A stretch of DNA of 64,000 nt from an uncultured Alphaproteobacteria bacterium (GTDB lineage: Bacteria > Pseudomonadota > Alphaproteobacteria > Rs-D84). Shown in pieces: positions 1-8,984 of the stretch. The stretch is from NCBI GenBank assembly GCA_947175875.1, contig CAMWON010000003.1, positions 72,746 to 136,745 on the forward strand. The letters are read 5' to 3'. The notes below the pieces were generated by a model. That model was not told the DNA's origin. It was given only the letters and a program-made list of their open reading frames with translations, and did no database searches. A program made the position numbers and the translations under genes. Position 1 is the first letter of the stretch, and the number at the start of each line of letters is the position of its first letter.

Positions 1-116
1 GTAACTTTTCTCTTGCGCCATATGGTGCATGTGGGTGATTTGTTGTGCAAAGGGTTGACAATATAATATTTTGGTGCGATTATTGTGCTGATAACGTTTA
101 GTACAAGGATATTGCC

Positions 117-920
117 ATGATAAATCAGGGCGACAAGTTCACATTTCTGGATTTACAGCAGTCTATGCGCGAAATCTGTGCCTATGACATACGTAAATAT
201 ATAGATAACAGGCGGCCAAAAACAGTTGTTTTAATTGGCAATTGTGGCGTTACCCCAAGCAAATGCAGCCCGGACGAGTATACCGCCGCCTGTATTCTGA
301 CTTATAGAGATATTCCATCCAGTGCGCTACATTTGGACAAACAACTGCGCGACAAAGGCTTTAAGACCGCATACAAGTTTTCATATAAATATAGGAATGG
401 CGGTTTAACGTCGGAGCAAATAGTTCACGATGCATATTGCCTGGACTGGTTTCAGCAACTTTATCGGACCTCTGCGCCACATAAAAAATACACCGACGAA
501 TACTTTAGCGCAGTGGATAATGCGTTTCGCTTGTCGTATTACTATGCCCAATATTTGTGGAATCAAAATGGGCGTGTAACCGGTAATATCGCCGGGGCTC
601 TGCGTATGCCCAATGAATCACACTGGGCGCAAATTATCAGCGCCATACTTGGGATCGGCTTTCAATTCAATCCTTTGGATGTATATGAATATGCGATAGA
701 ACACACATCGCCCATAATTACTAAGAAACAGTTTAATGCGCGATACTCAGAACAGCTGGCCTTCAAAAAAGAAATGATGGATAAGTACGGAATTGACACG
801 GGGTGCTTGGTGCTAAGCCCGCAAAGTCGTGACAAATTACATAAAATCGTAACGCGAACAGATACGCCGTATTGTTTACAGGTTATAAAGAAATTGCTGC
901 TGGGCTATTATAACCGCTAA
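117..920 (+). CDS. hypothetical protein (267 aa)
   Basis: Long ORF with uniform codon usage and no recognisable catalytic motif. The first ATG of the ORF is taken as the start. Confidence 0.5.
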   Translation: MINQGDKFTFLDLQQSMREICAYDIRKYIDNRRPKTVVLIGNCGVTPSKCSPDEYTAACILTYRDIPSSALHLDKQLRDKGFKTAYKFSYKYRNGGLTSEQIVHDAYCLDWFQQLYRTSAPHKKYTDEYFSAVDNAFRLSYYYAQYLWNQNGRVTGNIAGALRMPNESHWAQIISAILGIGFQFNPLDVYEYAIEHTSPIITKKQFNARYSEQLAFKKEMMDKYGIDTGCLVLSPQSRDKLHKIVTRTDTPYCLQVIKKLLLGYYNR

Positions 921-967
921 ACGAATATTTTGTAAGCCATACTGTCATATTATGTAATCCCCGCTCA

Positions 968-1621
968 TTACAACCCGAATTTATACGTTGCGCCGAGGTA
1001 GATTTGTGTCGCGTCAACCTTTGACACGCCTCGGTCATGTTCGACTTTGCCGAAATTGACGTATTTAAAGCCCAAATCCAAATCTATCCGGGAATTTAAT
1101 CTGAACAGTATTCCGACCATCGCCTGATACGACAGGTCGAACGCATTGTCAAGTTCGTCGTCAATTTCGCCCCATATCCCGGTCAGCCCCAGTCCCAGTC
1201 CCGCATACGGCGCCGCCGCGCCGTCAAAATCATATAGCAGGTATGCATTTAGCATATTGGCCCATATGTCGTATTCGAAATCTTTGTCGTTTTTGCTGTA
1301 CTGGGCGCCCATGTAAAGGGTTTCGTATTCCACGCGCAGATATTCGGTTAAATTGTTTCCGACCGTTGTCCCAAATCCCCAGTTGTCCTTTTTATACTTT
1401 TCTTTATGCCCGTTTGACAGATTGTACGAATATGCCGCGTGTTCGTTCTTGTATATGCGAAATCCGGCATAATTGTCGCGGCGGTCCATGGTGCCGGCCG
1501 CCGGGCATTCGCACGCCGGGCATTGCGCCAGCAAATCCATGTCATATTCGCTATATGTGCCATATTCTGCATGCGCGGCAATGGGCAGTATGCATAACAA
1601 TGCGGCAATATGTTTTTTCAT
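968..1621 (-). CDS. small outer-membrane beta-barrel protein (Opa/OmpW/OmpA-like family)
   Basis: N-terminal signal peptide MKKHIAALLCILPIAAHA. Alternating hydrophobic/aromatic beta-strand pattern, with an aromatic-rich C-terminal strand ...GATYKFGL. Confidence 0.6.
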   Translation of the reverse strand: MKKHIAALLCILPIAAHAEYGTYSEYDMDLLAQCPACECPAAGTMDRRDNYAGFRIYKNEHAAYSYNLSNGHKEKYKKDNWGFGTTVGNNLTEYLRVEYETLYMGAQYSKNDKDFEYDIWANMLNAYLLYDFDGAAAPYAGLGLGLTGIWGEIDDELDNAFDLSYQAMVGILFRLNSRIDLDLGFKYVNFGKVEHDRGVSKVDATQIYLGATYKFGL

Positions 1622-1640
1622 GTCGCTTTCCTTTTCTTGC

Positions 1641-2672
1641 TTATTTAGATGTTTTGGACTGCATCAGGGCCTGTATTATGGCGGCGATGGCCTTTGATTT
1701 GTTTTTGCCGACGGGCGGGCGTGTCGATATATTCTTTTTGGCGCGTGAAAAGGCAATCTTTTTGTCTTTTTTCAGCTTGGTTATCGTATGTACGCTTATG
1801 CCGGATTGGCGCGATGCCGCGGTTACATGCCCGCGTTTACTGTCCAGCGCGACCTGGGCCGCGTCTATAATCTCTTGAGATATGTGCTGCTTTGCCCGTG
1901 GGCGCAGCGGGACTATTTTGTATTTCTTGTTCCATTTGCGCAACTGGTCCTTTGTTACGCCGTATTCTGTTGAAACTATAATGAACGCCTGCTGTGCGCT
2001 TTTGGCGCCATCGGGCATTTCGTCATAGATTTCCCTGGCGCGGTGCAGAATTTGAATCTGCTCTTCCGGGGTGCATTTTTTATAGTCCGGTATCTCGCGC
2101 TCCTTGTATATTTTCAGCGTGCGGTTCCATCGCAGCATTGTGTTCTGCGTAACGTCGAATTCTTGTTCGGCGGCGGTTACGCCGTTGTCGCGCGCGTACG
2201 TCAAAATTTTTATTTTCTCGTCCTCGGTATAATTCGTGTTGGATTTATACACGCGCAGCGATTTGTTCCACTGAACAATTTGCGACGGCAATACATCGAA
2301 TTTATCCGCCGCGGCCAGTACGCCGAAATCCCGCGCAAATTCCAGTATTTCCAGTTTGTTCGCGCCGGTAAACTTTTTCTGGCGCGCGCCAACGATGTTC
2401 AGCCCCTTGTCCCACCGGTCGATGCTGCCGACGGAGACGTTGAATCTGCGGGCGGCGGCCCGTTTTCCGTGTGCTGCGGCATATCTTAGTATTTCCATGC
2501 GTTTTTCCAAAGGATATTGGGGCGGCACGGCGTCATATATTTTCAGGGTTTTATTCCAGCGCGCTATTGTCACATGCGGCAGGCCAAAGTGCCTTGCTGC
2601 ATCCAAAACACTGTTATCCCTGGCGTATTCCAGAACTTTTTTCTTAAATGTATCAGAATAGGGTGCGGTCAT
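1641..2672 (-). CDS. DNA-binding protein made of about 6 tandem transposase-type helix-turn-helix (homeodomain-like) repeats
   Basis: A ~50-aa unit recurs about six times: ...LEYARDNxVxxAAxxFxVxxxTIxRWNKTLKIY. This resembles the N-terminal HTH of IS630/IS3 transposases. There is no DDE catalytic domain. Confidence 0.55.
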   Translation of the reverse strand: MTAPYSDTFKKKVLEYARDNSVLDAARHFGLPHVTIARWNKTLKIYDAVPPQYPLEKRMEILRYAAAHGKRAAARRFNVSVGSIDRWDKGLNIVGARQKKFTGANKLEILEFARDFGVLAAADKFDVLPSQIVQWNKSLRVYKSNTNYTEDEKIKILTYARDNGVTAAEQEFDVTQNTMLRWNRTLKIYKEREIPDYKKCTPEEQIQILHRAREIYDEMPDGAKSAQQAFIIVSTEYGVTKDQLRKWNKKYKIVPLRPRAKQHISQEIIDAAQVALDSKRGHVTAASRQSGISVHTITKLKKDKKIAFSRAKKNISTRPPVGKNKSKAIAAIIQALMQSKTSK

Positions 2673-2921
2673 TTGTTGTATTCCGTATTATTTGTTTTTT
2701 TGATTATAGTCGTATTCTTTATAAATATGAAACACATTTTTTAGGTTGTATCCCGGTCGATTTTTTCATATAATATGAAGCAGTTTCCCAAATTATTTGA
2801 TTTATTTTTTCTGAATAGGAAAATTTTCTGATTGAAAAACACGCGAGTTTATGAAATTATTCAACCGTAGCTAGATTTTAATCCTAGAAAAACAATAAAC
2901 TGGTGCTAAGGAGAGGGAAAA

Positions 2922-3164
2922 ATGAATCATTTGGACTTGTGGTGCGCAATAGACCGTTTCGCGCATAGTCTGAATATGTCTTGTTCGGGCCTGGCAAAGA
3001 AAAGCGGCTTGGACGCTACCACGTTTAACAAGAGCAAGCGCTGGACCTGTTATGGCAAGCCGCGCTGGCCGTCAACACACAGTTTGGCGAAAATATTGGA
3101 ATCAACCGGCACTTCGCTGGAAGATTTTCTAAAGTTCATGCCATCGTCAAACAGCCGTGTATAA
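2922..3164 (+). CDS. small helix-turn-helix transcriptional regulator (XRE/LexA-N-terminal-like)
   Basis: 80-aa ORF with the motif LAKKSGLDATTFNKSKR...LAKILESTGTSLEDF, typical of repressor N-terminal HTH domains. An AGGAG-like RBS (ggagaggg) precedes the ATG. Confidence 0.45.
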   Translation: MNHLDLWCAIDRFAHSLNMSCSGLAKKSGLDATTFNKSKRWTCYGKPRWPSTHSLAKILESTGTSLEDFLKFMPSSNSRV

Positions 3165-3251
3165 CACGGGCCGGGACCGCCGTCTGGCGGTCTTTTTTAT
3201 TGGCTGGAATAATAAAATCTTTTTATGCTATAATTCGGGCAAAAGGAGAAT

Positions 3252-5018
3252 ATGTTGCCACGCGCCCGCCCGGATAAAGGCTTGGAAGAAAAAAAGCGCC
3301 CGTCATTTCGCATGCGGTTGCTGTTTTGGTGCCTAAATCTTGTCGCGCTGTTGATTGCGGCGGGGCTGACATATGTCATGATAATTTTTCTGCAGATGCC
3401 GTCGTTGGACGCCATTTTGCATGAAACAAGACCAGCTGCGATTGTGTTTTTGGATAAAAACGGCACGGAAATACGCAGTTCCAATCGAATTATGGGAATG
3501 CCGGTGTCAACGGATACCGTCCCGCCCTATGTATGGCAGGCGATTGTCGCCATAGAAGACAAGCGTTTTTTTGAGCACGGGCCGGTTGATATGCGGGGCA
3601 TCACGCGTGCGGTTTTAACAAATCTGGTGCATGGGCGCGTTGCTGCGGGCGGCTCGTCCATAACACAGCAGACGGCAAAAAACGTATTCTTGTCGCGTGA
3701 AAAGAAACTGTCGCGCAAGATTCAGGAATTGATTTTGTCATACTGGCTGGAAAACAGGTTTGACAAGAATCAGATATTGGATTTGTACATGAACCGCGTG
3801 TCGCTGGTGGGCGGAATGCGCGGAATCGATGCGGCCGCACGCGTGATGTTTCAGGTGTCTGCACGCGACATGACCCTGGCCCAGGCGGCTCAGATTGCCG
3901 CCATGTTAAAGGCGCCGACCACATACAGCCCGCTGAAAAATCCGGACAAGAATATTGCGCGCGCCCGCGTTATTTTACAGGAAATGGTCCGCCAGGGTTA
4001 TATTACGTTGAACCAGGCGCGCGCGGCGGCGGCCGCACTTGCGCCGGCCATGCCCGCACCCGACACAAATCTGTACAGATACTGGACCGATTTTGTTTTG
4101 GATGAAACGCGTTCGCGTCTGGGTGGCTTTAATACTGATTTGTTTGTATATACCACACTGGATATGAATCTGCAGGAGCGCATTGCCGCGATTTTGCCAT
4201 CCCGTGTCGGGGAATATCAGGGGGCGGTCGTCGCGATGGGGCATGACGGCGCACTGCGCGCAATGTCCGGTGGCGCCGATTACCAGGCCAGCCAGTATAA
4301 CCGCACACTGGCCATGCGACAACCCGGCAGTGCGTTTAAGCCGGTCGTATATCTGGTTGCGCTGGAACGGGGCCTGACGCCGGAGAGTTATGTTAACGAC
4401 TCGCCCTTTGCAATCGGGGATTACACGCCCAAGAATTATAACGCGCGCTATTACGGCGACATTCCGCTGTCCACGGCGTTTGCGAAAAGCGTCAATTCCG
4501 TCCCCTTAAAATTGACGGAGGAATACGGCATTGACGCCGTCTTGAATATGGCGGGCCGCTTAGGGGTCGGGACCCAGCTGCGTCGTGAATATTCAACGGT
4601 GCTGGGGGCGTCGGAGATGTCGCTGCTGGATTTGACGACGATATATGCGGTTATCTGGAATGACGGTGCGTCGGTGCGCCCATATTCGATTACCAAGATA
4701 ACTGACCCGGCGGGAAATGTTTTGTATTCTCGCAACCCGTCGGACGCCATCGCCGTTGTGGGGCCGCAGACGGTTGAATACATGACGCGGATGCTGGTCG
4801 ATGTTGTGACCGGCGGAACCGGACGCCGCGCAAACGCGCCGGGCGTTCTGGGGGGCAAGACCGGAACCAGCAACGAAAACCGCGATGCATGGTTTGTCGG
4901 CGCCACAGACAAATTGGTAATCGGCGTATGGGTCGGTAACGACGATTTTACGCCGATGTCGTCAAAAATTACAGGCGGTACAATCCCGGCGGAGATATTC
5001 CATGATATTGTGGAATAA
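3252..5018 (+). CDS. class A penicillin-binding protein (peptidoglycan glycosyltransferase + transpeptidase)
   Basis: N-terminal TM anchor. Glycosyltransferase motifs EDKRFFEHGPVD and GGSSITQQ are present. The transpeptidase motifs SAFKP (SxxK) and KTGTS (KTG) are also present. Confidence 0.85.
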   Translation: MLPRARPDKGLEEKKRPSFRMRLLFWCLNLVALLIAAGLTYVMIIFLQMPSLDAILHETRPAAIVFLDKNGTEIRSSNRIMGMPVSTDTVPPYVWQAIVAIEDKRFFEHGPVDMRGITRAVLTNLVHGRVAAGGSSITQQTAKNVFLSREKKLSRKIQELILSYWLENRFDKNQILDLYMNRVSLVGGMRGIDAAARVMFQVSARDMTLAQAAQIAAMLKAPTTYSPLKNPDKNIARARVILQEMVRQGYITLNQARAAAAALAPAMPAPDTNLYRYWTDFVLDETRSRLGGFNTDLFVYTTLDMNLQERIAAILPSRVGEYQGAVVAMGHDGALRAMSGGADYQASQYNRTLAMRQPGSAFKPVVYLVALERGLTPESYVNDSPFAIGDYTPKNYNARYYGDIPLSTAFAKSVNSVPLKLTEEYGIDAVLNMAGRLGVGTQLRREYSTVLGASEMSLLDLTTIYAVIWNDGASVRPYSITKITDPAGNVLYSRNPSDAIAVVGPQTVEYMTRMLVDVVTGGTGRRANAPGVLGGKTGTSNENRDAWFVGATDKLVIGVWVGNDDFTPMSSKITGGTIPAEIFHDIVE

Positions 5019-5075
5019 TCATTTGATTTAAAAAATTTTGTTGTGTATAAATTGTACCGCTATCAGGGGGAACAG

Positions 5076-6842
5076 ATGTCCAACGCGTTACCAAAATCGT
5101 TATGGGGTTTTTATTTTAAGCACGCCGCACGTGGCTATTGGTGGCTGCTGGGAGTATGGGCGCTGATGGGGCTTATTGCGTCATCCGACCGCGTGCTGCA
5201 GCCGATAATGCAGGGCTGGGTGGTTGGTCTGTTTGAAACCGGTATTCCTGCCGGTATGAATTTTTTGGCATATGCGTTTCCGACGATTGCGCTGATAACG
5301 GCGATTAATGTCGGAATGTCATCTTGTCACACAATCAGAATGTGGATAATAAATCATCTCAAGCCTAAAATAGATCGTCGTATATCTGAAATGTTGACGA
5401 TGTACGTGCACGGTCAATCCATGTCGTTTTGGGCCGGTCGTATGGCGGGCCAGGTAAAAAATCAGATGAATTATATTTCTGATGGTTTTGGAACAATTCC
5501 GGATATTGTATCCAGCATATTTAGGGCCAGTACAATATTAGTCAACGGTGCATTATTGTTACAGATAAATCATTATGTTGCATACATGTTTATCGGTGTT
5601 ATTGTGTTGCGTATTTTATTTTCTTGGAAAATGTATCGCCCGATAAAAACTGCATCCAAAGACCGGTCCACTGCGGGCAGTGCATTGTCGGGGCGCTTGG
5701 TGGACAGTTTGTCAAACTTTTCCGTGGTAAAACTGTTTGCGTGTCGCAGTGACGAAGAAAAATATTTGGCGCCATCGCGCGAAAACTTTGTTCAAACACA
5801 ATTGCGCAGCGGTTTCTTACAGCGAATATTCTGGACTGTGCCCGGTGTTTTGTGGGATGTGCTGTTTGGTGTGACGCTGATGTTATGCGCGTTGTTGTAT
5901 ATGCGCGGAGAGATGACACTGTCTCAGGTTGTTGTCACAACCGGCGTGTACTTCAGTGTTATGGGTACAATCAGTCAGGTAATGGATTCATTGCCAAACA
6001 TAATTGACAAGATAGGCGCGGCAGTCAAGGCGTATGAAGAACTGGTCGTGCCGACGGATGTCACGGACGCGCCGAATGCCCCGGCATTGCATGTGACGCA
6101 CGGCAAGATAGAGTTTAAAAACGTCTGGTTCCGCTATAAAACGGGGCGTCGCTGGATTCTGCGTGATTTTAATTTGACGATAAATCCCGGCGAAAGTGTG
6201 GGACTGGTTGGGTCGTCGGGTGCCGGCAAGACAACACTGGTAAACCTGCTGATGCGTTTTTATGACCCGACCCGCGGCCAGATTTTAATCGACGGCCAGG
6301 ATATTCGCAACGTGTCCCAGGATTCTTTGCGCGCGAATATCGCCTTTATCCCCCAGGAACCCACCATGTTCAATCGCACAATCGCCGAGAATATCGGCTA
6401 TGGCCGTGCAGATGCGGATTTGCCGCAAATCCGGGCCGCCGCACGTCGCGCCGCGGCCGACGGTTTTATCATGGGCGCTGAAAAACAGTACGACACCTTG
6501 GTTGGCGACCGTGGCATGAAGATGTCCGGCGGCCAGCGCCAGCGTATCGCAATCGCGCGTGCGTTTTTAAAAGATGCCCCGATTTTGATTCTGGACGAGG
6601 CAACATCCGCTCTGGACAGTGAAACCGAGGTCGCAATTCAGAAATCTTTTGAAGAGCTGGCCCAAAACCGTACAACGATTGCCATCGCGCATCGCCTGTC
6701 CACATTGCGTAATATGAATAAAATTATAGTTATGCGCCACGGCAAGATAATAGAGCAGGGGGCGCACCGAACGCTGGTCCGGCGCGGCGGGGCGTATGCG
6801 CGCCTGTGGCGGATGCAGTCCGGCGGCTTTATTCAGGAATAA
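5076..6842 (+). CDS. ABC transporter fused permease/ATP-binding protein (MsbA-like exporter)
   Basis: Six predicted TM helices followed by Walker A GSSGAGKTT, ABC signature LSGGQRQR and Walker B ILILDEATS. The start is set at the second in-frame ATG (5076), which has a GGGGGAA RBS. The ORF track begins at 5043. Confidence 0.85.
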   Translation: MSNALPKSLWGFYFKHAARGYWWLLGVWALMGLIASSDRVLQPIMQGWVVGLFETGIPAGMNFLAYAFPTIALITAINVGMSSCHTIRMWIINHLKPKIDRRISEMLTMYVHGQSMSFWAGRMAGQVKNQMNYISDGFGTIPDIVSSIFRASTILVNGALLLQINHYVAYMFIGVIVLRILFSWKMYRPIKTASKDRSTAGSALSGRLVDSLSNFSVVKLFACRSDEEKYLAPSRENFVQTQLRSGFLQRIFWTVPGVLWDVLFGVTLMLCALLYMRGEMTLSQVVVTTGVYFSVMGTISQVMDSLPNIIDKIGAAVKAYEELVVPTDVTDAPNAPALHVTHGKIEFKNVWFRYKTGRRWILRDFNLTINPGESVGLVGSSGAGKTTLVNLLMRFYDPTRGQILIDGQDIRNVSQDSLRANIAFIPQEPTMFNRTIAENIGYGRADADLPQIRAAARRAAADGFIMGAEKQYDTLVGDRGMKMSGGQRQRIAIARAFLKDAPILILDEATSALDSETEVAIQKSFEELAQNRTTIAIAHRLSTLRNMNKIIVMRHGKIIEQGAHRTLVRRGGAYARLWRMQSGGFIQE

Positions 6843-6889
6843 AATCCGCGCATAAAATCTGATTTCATTGGGTCGCGATTTGTGATATA

Positions 6890-7876
6890 ATGCCGAACAT
6901 GAGAAAAAGTATATTTTGCATATTATCGGTTTTGTCATGCTTTGCGGTCGTGCCTGCGCTCGCAAACTGGGAATATTCGGGCACTTATCTGGGCGATGGA
7001 TGGTACACTGACGACGGTTCGCGCTTTGTCATGTCGGTCCGCGGCGGCGCCGCGCTGGGCTTTGGTTCGATAAAGAACGAGGTTGGGGCCCTAACCACCG
7101 AATATTATATAAACCCCGGCGACGGCATGGTTATATCGGCGGCGTATTATGACGCCTGTGTCGAGGGCGGCGGTTGCGCCGGATTTGAATACGCCGGCAT
7201 GGGTGAAACCTCCGCACTGCCCGCGGCCAAGGATTACCGTGAATATTCTTTTGCGGCCGGCGCGTCGCTGGGCTGGACGATTCCAAACCGTCCGCAGTGG
7301 CGTCTGGAAATCGGCTGGGACCATATATCAGAGGCGGAATATAACGCGTCCCCGTTATATGAAGGGGACCTGCATTTGGCCGGCGGCGATGTCGAAGGGG
7401 TTGTCGTCCATGTTCAAAGCGGCTCTATTCAGTCCAAAGTGACAACCGATTTAATCAGCGCAATGGCGTTTTACGATTTCTTTGACGGCATGCAAAAGCC
7501 TGTGCGTAAAATGATTCCGTATGTCGGCTTTGGCGTCGGATATGCGGATACGACGACGACACTGAATCTGGTTGACCCGTACGGCGACCTGTCAACGTCG
7601 GTTGACCTGCAGAATTTTGGTGAATTGGACGATTACGGCGTTCTGAACTTTTACCGTTCAGAAAACAGCTCTTCAAACATCGCCGGCGTGTTGGCGCTGG
7701 GTGTTTCGTACGGCATAAACCAGACAATGTTTTTGGATTTTGGCGCCCGCGTTTCTTATATTCCAAAGATAAAGTGGACCCTGAAAAATGAAGACGGTTC
7801 GCGCACGCGCGACTGGTTAAGTGCGGAAAACATGATATATGCAAACATCATGTTGGGCCTGCGTTTCGAGTTTTAA
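6890..7876 (+). CDS. outer-membrane beta-barrel protein (porin/OMP family)
   Basis: Signal peptide MRKSIFCILSVLSCFAVVPALA. Gly/Tyr/Asp-rich beta-strand pattern with C-terminal ...LGLRFEF. Confidence 0.55.
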   Translation: MPNMRKSIFCILSVLSCFAVVPALANWEYSGTYLGDGWYTDDGSRFVMSVRGGAALGFGSIKNEVGALTTEYYINPGDGMVISAAYYDACVEGGGCAGFEYAGMGETSALPAAKDYREYSFAAGASLGWTIPNRPQWRLEIGWDHISEAEYNASPLYEGDLHLAGGDVEGVVVHVQSGSIQSKVTTDLISAMAFYDFFDGMQKPVRKMIPYVGFGVGYADTTTTLNLVDPYGDLSTSVDLQNFGELDDYGVLNFYRSENSSSNIAGVLALGVSYGINQTMFLDFGARVSYIPKIKWTLKNEDGSRTRDWLSAENMIYANIMLGLRFEF

Positions 7877-7903
7877 AAAATCCGCCAAACGGCGGATTTT
7901 TTT
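7875..7903. terminator. bidirectional intrinsic terminator AAAAAATCCGCCAAACGGCGGATTTTTTT
   Basis: A GC hairpin (TCCGCC/GGCGGA) is flanked by an A-run and a T-run. It lies between the convergent OMP gene (+) and the cysteine-rich gene (-). Confidence 0.6.
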
Positions 7904-8183
7904 AGTTGCTGTAATAACAGTCGCCCGTATATGTGCCGCTGCCGCCGGAATCGCTGAACGCGGCTCCCGCCGGAATATAACACGCGGTTATCCCGGTGTT
8001 GTTTTTGTCGGCGCTGGTCCCCTTAATCCCGCCCGACGACGGGCATTCCAGGCAGTTCCCGCCCGACAGGTAATATCCCGGCTTGCACGCCGTGTATGTC
8101 TTTGTTGTCGCCTCGCATGCGGCGCGGGCACCGATTGCGGGCAATATGCCCGCAATGACAGATATCAAGATATATTTTTTCAT
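7902..8183 (-). CDS. secreted cysteine-rich protein, C-terminal CY-P-G / SGT / C-YY motif family (second gene of operon)
   Basis: The true start is the MKKYILISVIAGILPAIGARA signal peptide at 8183. Its ATG overlaps the TAA of the upstream gene (TAATG). The C-terminus ITACYIPAGAAFSDSGGSGTYTGDCYYSN matches the paralogues at 9131, 13291 and 46052. Confidence 0.6.
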   Translation of the reverse strand: MKKYILISVIAGILPAIGARAACEATTKTYTACKPGYYLSGGNCLECPSSGGIKGTSADKNNTGITACYIPAGAAFSDSGGSGTYTGDCYYSN

Positions 8184-8539
8184 TACAATTGCTCTCCAAT
8201 ACATGCCAAACATTTAATATTTGAACCCATAGATATGTCGCAACATTCCACTTGTGAACTGGTTGCGTCGCATGTGCCATAGTTTTGGGTATAGTATCCT
8301 GTGTTGTCACTGCCGCTGGTGGAACTGCGACTGCATGTGTTGTCTAAGTAGCTCAGGGTATAGTTTTCAGGACACGCATATCGCGTTGTATACTTCCCGT
8401 TTGGACAGCATTGTTGACCGGAACTGCAGGTAAGCTGAAAGTCTTGAGTTGTTATGCAAAGTGCCGCCATTGCGGTGCCGATTGGCGGCGTCTGCCAGGC
8501 AATGATTGCGGCTATGAATAAAGTTTTTGTTTTCGTCAT
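8183..8539 (-). CDS. secreted cysteine-rich protein (13 Cys in ~118 aa)
   Basis: The start MTKTKTLFIAAIIAW... is a signal peptide. The mature part is Cys/Ser/Thr/Gly-rich. The gene is immediately preceded by leader copy A with a CAGGAG RBS. Confidence 0.6.
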   Translation of the reverse strand: MTKTKTLFIAAIIAWQTPPIGTAMAALCITTQDFQLTCSSGQQCCPNGKYTTRYACPENYTLSYLDNTCSRSSTSGSDNTGYYTQNYGTCDATSSQVECCDISMGSNIKCLACIGEQL

Positions 8540-8682
8540 TACTAACTCCTGTTTTGTTGAAAAACAAAAACCACCAAGATAAATGGTGGCCAGGAGGTTC
8601 ATAACAATTGTGAGAATTGCGTTGCGTATTTAAATATTCCGCAACCCTCCTGACCGGGTCAGGAGTTTGTTTTTCGTCACAA
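8540..8682 (-). promoter_or_regulatory. conserved structured 5' leader (copy A) of the cysteine-rich protein operon
   Basis: About 140 nt shared with copies at 8985-9130 and 13864-14008. It contains a hairpin CTCCTGACC..GGTCAGGAG and a second, covarying hairpin. A CCTCCTGGCC box precedes a CCACC..GGTGG hairpin plus T-run, directly in front of the RBS CAGGAG-ATG. Confidence 0.55.
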
Positions 8683-8814
8683 TACCCCCGCGCGCAATAC
8701 TTGCGCTATCGGTATGTATTCCGACGCCCCACATGAGGTTATGAAGCCTCGCCCCGGCAACACGCCCGGGCACAGACATTATATTTAATAAAGCCTAAAA
8801 AGTAAAGGGATATA

Positions 8815-8843
8815 AAGAAATCCGCCAAACGGCGGATTTTTTA
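8815..8843. terminator. second identical copy of hairpin AAATCCGCCAAACGGCGGATTTTTT
   Basis: The 25-nt core is identical to the terminator at 7875-7903. It sits in the spacer between the two divergent leaders. Confidence 0.45.
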
Positions 8844-8984
8844 TGATTAAAATTCTTTACATATTTGTGTTGCTGAGTTATAGTGACTTATGTCAGTGGG
8901 TGTTTCACTGATGGGGTGTGAGAACCCGTTCCAATGCGTCGGAATATTGTCTTATGGCGCGCTTTGTGCGCTGTTTTTTATATT

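Noticed and set aside
1243-1878. Plus-strand ORF (211 aa) antisense to the OMP gene 968-1621, plus similar nested ORFs at 1348-1608 and 1473-1697
   Set aside because: They are Cys/Arg-rich antisense translations of a GC-rich gene. They lack an RBS and have no coding periodicity of their own.
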